A DNA stretch of 64,000 nucleotides from the human T2T-CHM13v2.0 reference genome, Homo sapiens. The stretch is from the NCBI RefSeq assembly GCF_009914755.1, contig NC_060948.1. One strand, written 5' to 3'. The notes below the pieces were generated by a model. The model saw nothing but the letters and a program-made list of their open reading frames with translations. It was not told the DNA's origin and did no database searches. The position numbers and the translations under genes are program-made. Below are positions 25,356 through 38,100 of this stretch, one piece after another; the first letter of the stretch is position 1, and the number at the start of each line of letters is the position of its first letter.

Positions 25356-28300
25356 CCTGTCCATTGCACTACATTCCCTTCCATTCCAATGAATTCCATT
25401 CCATTCCAATCCATTCCTTTCCTTTCGCTTGTTTTCCATTCTATTCTCTTCTACCGCATACAATTTCACTCCATTCGTTCCCATTCCATTCAATTCCATT
25501 CCATTCAATTCCATTCCATTTGTTTCCTTTCTCTTCGATTCCATTTCTTTATATTCCATGCCATTCGATTCCATTCTATTGGATTGCATTACATTCGTAT
25601 TCACTCCATTCCAGACCATTCCATTTGACTCCATTCCTTTCGAGCCCTTTCAACTTAAGTCCATTCCTTTCCAGTCCATTTCACTCCAGTCCATTACTGT
25701 CCATTCCATACCATTCCATCCCATTCCATTCCATTCCATTCCATTCCATTGCATTCCATTCCATTCCGTTCCATTGCACTGTACTCCATTCCATTTCATT
25801 CTACTCCATTTGAGTCGATTTTATTGCATTAGATTCTATTCCATTGGATTGCTTTCCATTCGATTACATTCCATTCATGTACATTCCATTCCAGTCAATT
25901 ACATTCGAGTTCATTACATTACATTCCAGTATATTCCATTGTATTCGGACCCATTCCTTTCAATTCCATTTCATTAGACTCCATTATATTCGATTCCATT
26001 CCACTCGAATACATTCCATTAGAGGACATTCCATTCCAATGCATTCCATTCCATTTCATAGCATTCCATCGCATTCGATTCCATTCCATTTGATGCCATT
26101 CCATGACATTCCATTCCATTCGAGTCCATTCCGTTCCAATTCATTCCATTCCGTTTCATGAAATTCGAGTCCTTTCCAGTACATTTCATTCCAATCACAT
26201 CCAATCCAATCTACTCCATTCAATTCCTTTCCATTCCATTTGATTATATTCCATTGATTTGATTCCATTCAGTTTGATTCCATTCCGTGAAATTTCGTTC
26301 CATTCTATTCCATTGCATTACTTTCCATTCAATTCCATTCCATTTCATTTCAGTCCATTCGCTTCCTTTCCTTTCGATTCAATTCCATTTGATTCCACTC
26401 CATTCTATGCGATTTCATTCCAATCGATTCAATTCCATTCGATGACATTCCTTTCGTTTCGATTCCATTCGAGTCCATTCAATTTGAGCATTCGTGTCCA
26501 TTCTATTCGAGTCCATTCCATTACCGTCTATTCTATTCCCTTCCATTCCTGTTGATTCAATTTCATTCCCTTCCATTCGATTCCTTTCCATTCGATTCCA
26601 TTCCTTTCCATTCCATTCCATTCGTTCCCATTCCATGTGATTTCATTCCATTCCAGTCCATTATATTCGAGTCCACTCCACTCCATTCTATTACATTCAA
26701 TTCCTTTTGAGTCCGTTCCATAACACTCCATTCATTTCGATTCCATTTCTTGCCAGTTTTCTTCCATTTTATTCCATTCCGTTCGATTCCATTCCTTTCG
26801 ATTGCATTCCATTCGATTGCATTCCATTCGAATCCTTTCCATTCCATTTCATTCCATTCCTTTCTATTCCATTCCATTTCATTCGATTTGATTCCATTCT
26901 GTTCTATTCCATTCAATTCTTTTTCATTCCATTCGAATCCTTTCTATTGCAGTCCATTCCATTCGAGTCCATTCCAATCCCTTCCATTCCATTCCATTAC
27001 AGTCCATTCCAATAGATTCCATTCCTTTGCCTTCCATTCGAATCCATTCCATTCTAGTCCATTCCATTTGAGTCAATTCCATTCTATTCCTTTCCAATCC
27101 ATTCGATTCCATTTGATTCAATTCCATTTGATTCTCTTTCATTCTATTTTATTCCATGCCACTTGATTGCATTGCATTCCATTCCGTTTGATTCCAGTCC
27201 ATTCAAGAAAGTTCCATTCCAGTCCATTGCTTTCCAGTCCATTCCATTCCACTCTAGTCTATTCCACTCCATTCCTTTCCATTCCATTCCATACTATTCC
27301 ATTCCATTCCTTTGCTTTCCGTTTCCAATCTATTCGAGTCCATTGCATTCCAGTCCAATCCATTCGATTACATTCTTTTGATTCCCTGCCAGTCGATTGC
27401 ATTGCATACTAGACCATTCCAAACGAGTCCATTCCATTCTATTTCAACACTTTCCATTCCACTCTGTTCGAGTCCATTCCATTCCAGTCCATTTAATTCA
27501 TGGGCATTCCATTCCATTCCATTCCATTTCCTGTTATTCCATTCCATTCAATTCCATTCCAGATGATTCCATTCCATTCTATACCTTTGCTCTCTGTTCC
27601 ATTCCATTCCATCTGTCTCCATTCCTTTCGTTTCGATTCCTTTCCATTCCATTCCATTACATTTGATCCTATTTTATTAAATTGCATTCTATTCGAGTGC
27701 TTTCCATTCGAGTCCTTTCCATTCGATTCCATTCCATTCTATTCCATTCTTTTGGATTCCATTCCGTTCCGTTCCGTTCACATCAATTCCTTGCGATTCC
27801 ATTACATTCGATTTCTTGCCATTCGATTCCATTCCTTTTGACTCCATTTCATTCGATTCCATTCCATTCCATTAATTTCCATTCCATTCGAGACCTTTCC
27901 ATTGCAGTCTTTTCCCTTCGAGTCCATTCCGTTCGATTCCCTTCCATTCGATTCCATTCCATTGGAGTCCGTACCAGTCGAGTCCATTCTGTTCCAGTCC
28001 ATTAGTTTCGACTCCTTTGCATTCGAGTGCATTCCATTCCGTGGCTGTCCATTCCATTTCGTTTGATGCCATTCCATAAGATTCCATTCAATTCGAGACC
28101 ATTCTATTCCTGTCCATTCCTTGTGGTTCGATTCCATTTCACTCTAGTCCATTCCATTCCATTGAATTCCATTCGACTCTATTCCGTTCCATTCAATTCC
28201 ATTCCTTTCGATTCCCTTTTTTTCGAGAACCTTCCATTACACTCCCTTCCATTCCAGTGCATTCCATTCCAGTCTCTTCAGTTCGATTCCATTCCATTCG

Positions 28301-28888
28301 TTTCGATTCCATTCCATTCCAGCCCATTCTATTCCATTCCATTCCTTTCCTTTCCGTTTCATTAGATTCCATTGCATTCGATTCCATTCAATTCAATTCC
28401 GTTCTATTCAATTTGATTCATTTCCATTTAATTCCATTCCATTATATTCCATTCCTTTCGATTCCATTCCTTTCGAATCCATTCCATTGGAGTGCATTCA
28501 CTTCCAGAACATTCCATTCCAGTCGAATCCATTCGAGTACATTCCATTAAAGTTCATTACATTCTAATACATTCCATTCCATTGCATTCCATTCCATTCC
28601 TTTCGATGCCATTCGATTCCATTCCATGCCAAATCATTGCATTCCTTTCCATTCCGTTCCTATCAATTCCATTCCATTCGATTTAGTTCGATTCTATTCA
28701 CTTCCATTCCATTCGATTCCATTCCATTGGAGTCAATTCCTTTCGACACCCAGCCTTTCCAGTCAATGATTTTGGATTCCATTTTTTTGCATTCCATTAC
28801 ATTCTATGACATTCGATTCCGTTTCATTGCATTCCATTCCATACATTTTTATTCCATTCGAGACCGTAGCATTCCCCTTTATTCCAGG
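25356..28888 (+). repeat. DYZ1 unit U8, 3533 bp, A/B chimera (near copy of U2)
   Basis: Shares TTCGGACCC, CTGTTATTCC, ATACCTTTGC and AGTGCTTTCC with U2. Ends at GGCC 28887. Confidence 0.88.
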
Positions 28889-31800
28889 CCTGTCCATTAC
28901 ACTACATTCCCTTCCATTCAAATGAATTCCATTCCATTCCAATCCATTCCTTTCCTTTCGCTTGCATTCCATTCTATTCTCTTCTACTGCATACAATTTC
29001 ACTCCATTCGTTCCCATTCCATCCCATTCCATTCCATTCCATTGCATTCCATTGCATTCCATTCCATTCCATTCCATTGCACTGCACTCCATTCCATTAC
29101 ATTCTACTCTATTTGAGTCGATTTTATTGCATTAGATTCTATTCCATTGGATTACTTTCCATTCGATTACATTCCATTCATGTACATTCCATTCCAGTCA
29201 ATTACATTCGAGTTCATTACATTACATTCCAGTATATTCCATTGTATTCGATCCCATTCCTTTCAATTCCATTTCATTCGACTCCATTATATTCGATTCC
29301 ATTCCACTCGAATCCATTCCATTAGAGGACATTCCATTCCAATGCATTCCATTCCATTCCATAGCATTCCAATGCATTCGATTCCATTCCATTTGATGCC
29401 ATTCCATGACATTCCATTCCATTCGAGTCCATTCCGTTCCAATTCATTCCATTCCGTTTCATGAAATTCGAGTCCTTTCCAGTACATTTCATTCCAATCC
29501 CATCCAATCCAATCTACTCCATTCAATTCCTTTCCATTCCATTTGATTAGATTCCATTGATTTGATTCCATTCAGTTTGATTCCATTCCGTGAAATTTCG
29601 TTCCATTCTATTCCATTGCATTACTTTCCATTCAATTCCATTCCATTTCATTTCAGTCCATTCGCTTCCTTTCCTTTCGATTCAATTCCATTTGATTCCA
29701 CTCCATTCTATGCGATTTCATTCCAATCGATTCAATTCCATTCGATGACATTCCTTTCGTTTCCATTCCATTCGAGTCCATTCAATTTGAGCATTCGTGT
29801 CCATTCTATTCGAGTCCATTCCATTACCGTCTATTCTATTCCCTTCCATTCCTGTTGATTCAATTTCATTCCCTTCCATTCGATTCCTTTCCATTCGATT
29901 CCATTCCTTTCCATTCCATTCCATTCGTTCCCATTCCATGTGATTTCATTCCATTCCAGTCCATTATATTCGAGTCCACTCCACTCCATTCTATTACATT
30001 CAATTCCTTTTGAGTCCGTTCCATAACACTCCATTCATTTCGATTCCATTTCTTGCCAGTTTTCTTCCATTTTATTCCATTCCGTTCGATTCCATTCCTT
30101 TCGATTGCATTCCATTCGATTGCATTCCATTCGAATCCTTTCCATTCCATTTCATTCCATTCCTTTCTATTCCATTCCATTTCATTCGATTTGATTCCAT
30201 TCTGTTCTATTCCATTCAATTCTTTTTCATTCCATTCGGATCCTTTCTATTGCAGTCCATTCCATTCGAGTCCATTCCAATCCCTTCCATTCCATTCCAT
30301 TACAGTCCATTCCAATAGATTCCATTCCTTTGCCTTCCATTCGAATCCATTCCATTCTAGTCCATTCCATTTGAGTCAATTCCATTCTATTCCTTTCCAA
30401 TCCATTCGATTCCATTCGATTCAATTCCATTTGATTCTCTTTCATTCTATTTTATTCCATGCCACTTGATTGCATTGCATTCCATTCCGTTTGATTCCAG
30501 TCCATTCAAGAAAGTTCCATTCCAGTCCATTGCTTTCGAGTCCATTCCATTCCACTCTAGTCTATTCCACTCCATTCCTTTCCATTCCATTCCATACTAT
30601 TCCATTCCATTCCTTTGCTTTCCGTTTCCAATCTATTCGAGTCCATTGCATTCCAGTCCAATCCATTCGATTACATTCTTTTGATTCCCTGCCAGTCGAT
30701 TGCATTGCATACTAGACCATTCCAAACGAGTCCATTCCATTCTATTTCAACACTTTCCATTCCACTCTCTTCGAGTCCATTCCATTCCAGTCCATTTAAT
30801 TCAAGGGCATTCCATTCCATTCCATTCCATTTCCTATTATTCCATTCCATTCAATTCCATTCCAGATGATTCCATTCCATTCTATACCATTGCTCTCTGT
30901 TCCATTCCATTCCATCTGTCTCCATTCCTTTCGTTTCGATTCCTTTCCATTCCATTCCATTACATTTGATCCTATTTTATTAAATTGCATTCTATTCGAG
31001 TGATTTCCATTCGAGTCCTTTCCATTCGATTCCATTCCATTCTATTCCATTCCTTTGGATTCCATTCCGTTCCGTTCCGTTCACATCAATTCCTTGCGAT
31101 TCCATTACATTCGATTTCTTGCCATTCGATTCCATTCCTTTTGACTCCATTTCATTCGATTCCATTCCATTCCATTAATTTCCATTCCATTCGAGACCTT
31201 TCCATTGCAGTCTTTTCCCTTCGAGTCCATTCCGTTCGATTCCCTTCCATTCGATTCCATTCCATTGGAGTCCGTACCAGTCGAGTCCATTCTATTCCAG
31301 TCCATTAGTTTCGACTCCATTGCATTCGAGTGCATTCCATTCCGTGGCTGTCCATTCCATTTCGTTTGATGCCATTCCATAAGATTCCATTCAATTCGAG
31401 ACCATTCTATTCCTGTCCATTCCTTGTGGTTCGATTCCATTTCTCTCTAGTCCATTCCATTCCATTGAATTCCATTCGACTCTATTCCGTTCCATTCAAT
31501 TCCATTCCTTTCGATTCCCTTTTTTTCGAGAACCTTCCATTACACTCCCTTCCATTCCAGTGCATTCCATTCCAGTCTCTTCAGTTCGATTCCATTCCAT
31601 TCGTTTCGATTCCATTCCATTCCAGCCCATTCCATTCCATTCCATTCCGTTCCTTTCCGTTTCATTAGATTCCATTGCATTCGATTCCATTCAATTCAAT
31701 TCCGTGCTATTCAATTTGATTCATTTCCATTTAATTCCATTCCATTATATTCCATTCCTTTCGATTCCATTCCTTTCGAATCCATTCCATTGGAGTGCAT

Positions 31801-32191
31801 TCACTTCCAGAACATTCCATTCCAGTCGAATCCATTCGAGTACATTCCATTAAAGTTCATTACATTCTAATACATTCCATTCCATTGCATTCCATTCCAT
31901 TCCTTTCGATGCCATTCGATTCCAATCCATGCCAAATCATTGCATTCCTTTCCATTCCGTTCCTATCAATTCCATTCCATTCGATTTAGTTCGATTCTAT
32001 TCACTTCCATTCCATCCGATTCCATTCCATTGGAGTCAATTCCTTTCGACACCCAGCCTTTCCAGTCAATGATTTTGGATTCCATTTTTTTGCATTCCAT
32101 TACATTCTATGACATTCGATTCCGTTTCATTGCATTCCATTCCATACATTTTTATTCCATTCGAGACCGTAGCATTCCACTTTATTCCAGG
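28889..32191 (+). repeat. DYZ1 unit U9, 3303 bp, subtype B with 230-bp internal deletion
   Basis: GGCC at 28887 and 32190. Junction CGTTCCCATTCCAT/CCCATT at ~29022. Confidence 0.9.
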
Positions 32192-35100
32192 CCTGTCCAT
32201 TACACTACATTCCCTTCCATTCCAATGAATTCCATTCCATTCCAATCCATTCCTTTCCTTTCGCTTGCATTCCATTCTATTCTCTTCTACTGCATACAAT
32301 TTCACTCCATTCGTTCCCATTCCATTCAATTCCATTCCATTCAATTCCATTCCATTTGTTTCCATTCTCTTCGATTCCATTTCTTTATATTCCATGCCAT
32401 TCGATTCCATTCTATTGGATTGCATTACATTCGTGTTCATTCCATTCCAGACCATTCCATTTGACTCCATTCCTTTCGAGCCCTTTCAATTTGAGTCCAT
32501 TCTTTTCCAGTCCATTTCACTCCAGTCCATTACTATCCATTCCATACCATTCCATCCCATTCCATTCCATTCCATTGCATTCCATTGCATTCCATTCCAT
32601 TCCATTCCATTGCACTGCACTCCATTCCATTACATTCTACTCTATTTGAGTCGATTTTATTGCATTAGATTCTATTCCATTGGATTACTTTCCATTCGAT
32701 TACATTCCATTCATGTACATTCCATTCCAGTCAATTACATTCGAGTTCATTACATTACATTCCAGTATATTCCATTGTATTCGATCCCATTCCTTTCAAT
32801 TTCATTTCATTCGACTCCATTATATTCGATTCCATTCCACTCGAATCCATTCCATTAGAGGACATTCCATTCCAATGCATTCCATTCCATTCCATAGCAT
32901 TCCAATGCATTCGATTCCATTCCATTTGATGCCATTCCATTTGATGCCATTCCATGACATTCCATTCCATTCGAGTCCATTCCGTTCCAATTCATTCCAT
33001 TCCGTTTCATGAAATTCGAGTCCTTTCCAGTACATTTCATTCCAATCCCATCCAATCCAATCTACTCCATTCAATTCCTTTCCATTCCATTTGATTAGAT
33101 TCCATTGATTTGATTCCATTCAGTTTGATTCCATTCCGTGAAATTTCGTTCCATTCTATTCCATTGCATTACTTTCCATTCAATTCCATTCCATTTCATT
33201 TCAGTCCATTCGCTTCCTTTCCTTTCGATTCAATTCCATTTGATTCCACTCCATTCTATGCGATTTCATTCCAATCGATTCAATTCCATTCGATGACATT
33301 CCTTTCGTTTCCATTCCATTCGAGTCCATTCAATTTGAGCATTCGTGTCCATTCTATTCGAGTCCATTCCATTACCGTCTATTCTATTCCCTTCCATTCC
33401 TGTTGATTCAATTTCATTCCCTTCCATTCGATTCCTTTCCATTCGATTCCATTCCTTTCCATTCCATTCCATTCGTTCCCATTCCATGTGATTTCATTCC
33501 ATTCCAGTCCATTATATTCGAGTCCACTCCACTCCATTCTATTACATTCAATTCCTTTTGAGTCCGTTCCATAACACTCCATTCATTTCGATTCCATTTC
33601 TTGCCAGTTTTCTTCCATTTTATTCCATTCCGTTCGATTCCATTCCTTTCGATTGCATTCCATTCGATTGCATTCCATTCGAATCCTTTCCATTCCATTT
33701 CATTCCATTCCTTTCTATTCCATTCCATTTCATTCGATTTGATTCCATTCTGTTCTATTCCATTCAATTCTTTTTCATTCCATTCGAATCCTTTCTATTG
33801 CAGTCCATTCCATTCGAGTCCATTCCAATCCCTTCCATTCCATTCCATTACAGTCCATTCCAATAGATTCCATTCCTTTGCCTTCCATTCGAATCCATTC
33901 CATTCTAGTCCATTCCATTTGAGTCAATTCCATTCTATTCCTTTCCAATCCATTCGATTCCATTCGATTCAATTCCATTTGATTCTCTTTCATTCTATTT
34001 TATTCCATGCCACTTGATTGCATTGCATTCCATTCCGTTTGATTCCAGTCCATTCAGGAAAGTTCCATTCCAGTCCATTGCTTTCGAGTCCATTCCATTC
34101 CACTCTAGTCTATTCCACTCCATTCCTTTCCATTCCATTCCATACTATTCCATTCCATTCCTTTGCTTTCCGTTTCCAATCTATTCGAGTCCATTGCATT
34201 CCAGTCCAATCCATTCGATTACATTCTTTTGATTCCCTGCCAGTCGATTGCATTGCATACTAGACCATTCCAAACGATTCCATTCCATTCTATTTCAACA
34301 CTTTCCATTCCACTCTCTTCGAGTCCATTCCATTCCAGTCCATTTAATTCAAGGGCATTCCATTCCATTCTATTCCATTTCCTATTATTCCATTCCATTC
34401 AATTCCATTCGAGATGATTCCATTCCATTCTATACCATTGCTCTCTGTTCCATTCCATTCCATCTGTCTCCATTCCTTTCGTTTCGATTCCTTTCCATTC
34501 CATTCCATTACATTTGATCCTATTTTATTAAATTGCATTCTATTCGAGTGATTTCCATTCGAGTCCTTAGCATTCGATTCCATTCCATTCTATTCCATTC
34601 CTTTGGATTCCGTTCCGTTCCGTTCCGTTCACATCAATTCCTTGCGATTCCATTACATTCGATTTCTTGCCATTCGATTCCATTCCTTTTGACTCCATTT
34701 CATTCGATTCCATTCCATTCCATTAATTTCCATTCCATTCGAGACCTTTCCATTGCAGTCTTTTCCCTTCGAGTCCATTCCGTTCGATTCCCTTCCATTC
34801 GATTCCATTCCATTGGAGTCCGTACCAGTCGAGTCCATTCTATTCCAGTCAATTAGTTTCGACTCCATTGCATTCGAGTGCATTCCATTCCGTGGCTGTC
34901 CATTCCATTTCGTTTGATGCCATTCCATAAGATTCCATTCAATTCGAGACCATTCTATTCCTGTCCATTCCTTGTGGTTCGATTCCATTTCACTCTAGTC
35001 CATTCCATTCCATTGAATTCCATTCGACTCTATTCCGTTCCATTCAATTCCATTCCTTTCGATTCCCTTTTTTTCGAGAACCTTCCATTACACTCCCTTC

Positions 35101-38100
35101 CATTCCAGTGCATTCCATTCCAGTCTCTTCAGTTCGATTCCATTCCATTCGTTTCGATTCCATTCCATTCCAGCCCATTCCATTCCATTCCATTCCGTTC
35201 CTTTCCGTTTCATTAGATTCCATTGCATTCGATTCCATTCAATTCAATTCCGTGCTATTCAATTTGATTCATTTCCATTTAATTCCATTCCATTATATTC
35301 CATTCCTTTCGATTCCATTCCTTTCGAATCCATTCCATTGGAGTGCATTCACTTCCAGAACATTCCATTCCAGTCGAATCCATTCGAGTACATTCCATTA
35401 AAGTTCATTACATTCTAATACATTCCATTCCATTGCATTCCATTCCATTCCTTTCGATGCCATTCGATTCCAATCCATGCCAAATCATTGCATTCCTTTC
35501 CATTCCGTTCCTATCAATTCCATTCCATTCGATTTAGTTCGATTCTATTCACTTCCATTCCATTCGATTCCATTCCATTGGAGTCAATTCCTTTCGACAC
35601 CCAGCCTTTCCAGTCAATGATTTTGGATTCCATTTTTTTGCATTCCATTACATTCTATGACATTCGATTCCGTTTCATTGCATTCCATTCCATACATTTT
35701 TATTCCATTCGAGACCGTAGCATTCCACTTTATTCCAGGCCTGTCCATTACACTACATTCCCTTCCATTCCAATGAATTCCATTCCATTCCAATCCATTC
35801 CTTTCCTTTCGCTTGCATTCCATTCTATTCTCTTCTACTGCATACAATTTCACTCCATTCGTTCCCATTCCATTCAATTCCATTCCATTCAATTCCATTC
35901 CATTTGTTTCCATTCTCTTCGATTCCATTTCTTTATATTCCATGCCATTCGATTCCATTCTATTGGATTGCATTACATTCGTGTTCATTCCATTCCAGAC
36001 CATTCCATTTGACTCCATTCCTTTCGAGCCCTTTCAATTTGAGTCCATTCTTTTCCAGTCCATTTCACTCCAGTCCATTACTATCCATTCCATACCATTC
36101 CATCCCATTCCATTCCATTCCATTGCATTCCATTGCATTCCATTCCATTCCATTCCATTGCACTGCACTCCATTCCATTACATTCTACTCTATTTGAGTC
36201 GATTTTATTGCATTAGATTCTATTCCATTGGATTACTTTCCATTCGATTACATTCCATTCATGTACATTCCATTCCAGTCAATTACATTCGAGTTCATTA
36301 CATTACATTCCAGTATATTCCATTGTATTCGATCCCATTCCTTTCAATTTCATTTCATTCGACTCCATTATATTCGATTCCATTCCACTCGAATCCATTC
36401 CATTAGAGGACATTCCATTCCAATGCATTCCATTCCATTCCATAGCATTCCAATGCATTCGATTCCATTCCATTTGATGCCATTCCATTTGATGCCATTC
36501 CATGACATTCCATTCCATTCGAGTCCATTCCGTTCCAATTCATTCCATTCCGTTTCATGAAATTCGAGTCCTTTCCAGTACATTTCATTCCAATCCCATC
36601 CAATCCAATCTACTCCATTCAATTCCTTTCCATTCCATTTGATTAGATTCCATTGATTTGATTCCATTCAGTTTGATTCCATTCCGTGAAATTTCGTTCC
36701 ATTCTATTCCATTGCATTACTTTCCATTCAATTCCATTCCATTTCATTTCAGTCCATTCGCTTCCTTTCCTTTCGATTCAATTCCATTTGATTCCACTCC
36801 ATTCTATACGATTTCATTCCAATCGATTCAATTCCATTCGATGACATTCCTTTCGTTTCCATTCCATTCGAGTCCATTCAATTTGAGCATTCGTGTCCAT
36901 TCTATTCGAGTCCATTCCATTACCGTCTATTCTATTCCCTTCCATTCCTGTTGATTCAATTTCATTCCCTTCCATTCGATTCCTTTCCATTCGATTCCAT
37001 TCCTTTCCATTCCATTCCATTCGTTCCCATTCCATGTGATTTCATTCCATTACAGTCCATTATATTCGAGTCCACTCCACTCCATTCTATTACATTCAAT
37101 TCCTTTTGAGTCCGTTCCATAACACTCCATTCATTTCGATTCCATTTCTTGCCAGTTTTCTTCCATTTTATTCCATTCCGTTCGATTCCATTCCTTTCGA
37201 TTGCATTCCATTCGATTGCATTCCATTCGAATCCTTTCCATTCCATTTCATTCCATTCCTTTCTATTCCATTCCATTTCATTCGATTTGATTCCATTCTG
37301 TTCTATTCCATTCAATTCTTTTTCATTCCATTCGAATCCTTTCTATTGCAGTCCATTCCATTCGAGTCCATTCCAATCCCTTCCATTCCATTCCATTACA
37401 GTCCATTCCAATAGATTCCATTCCTTTGCCTTCCATTCGAATCCATTCCATTCTAGTCCATTCCATTTGAGTCAATTCCATTCTATTCCTTTCCAATCCA
37501 TTCGATTCCATTCGATTCAATTCCATTTGATTCTCTTTCATTCTATTTTATTCCATGCCACTTGATTGCATTGCATTCCATTCCGTTTGATTCCAGTCCA
37601 TTCAAGAAAGTTCCATTCCAGTCCATTGCTTTCGAGTCCATTCCATTCCACTCTAGTCTATTCCACTCCATTCCTTTCCATTCCATTCCATACTATTCCA
37701 TTCCATTCCTTTGCTTTCCGTTTCCAATCTATTCGAGTCCATTGCATTCCAGTCCAATCCATTCGATTACATTCTTTTGATTCCCTGCCAGTCGATTGCA
37801 TTGCATACTAGACCATTCCAAACGAGTCCATTCCATTCTATTTCAACACTTTCCATTCCACTCTCTTCGAGTCCATTCCATTCCAGTCCATTTAATTCAA
37901 GGGCATTCCATTCCATTCTATTCCATTTCCTATTATTCCATTCCATTCAATTCCATTCGAGATGATTCCATTCCATTCTATACCATTGCTCTCTGTTCCA
38001 TTCCATTCCATCTGTCTCCATTCCTTTCGTTTCGATTCCTTTCCATTCCATTCCATTACATTTGATCCTATTTTATTAAATTGCATTCTATTCGAGTGAT

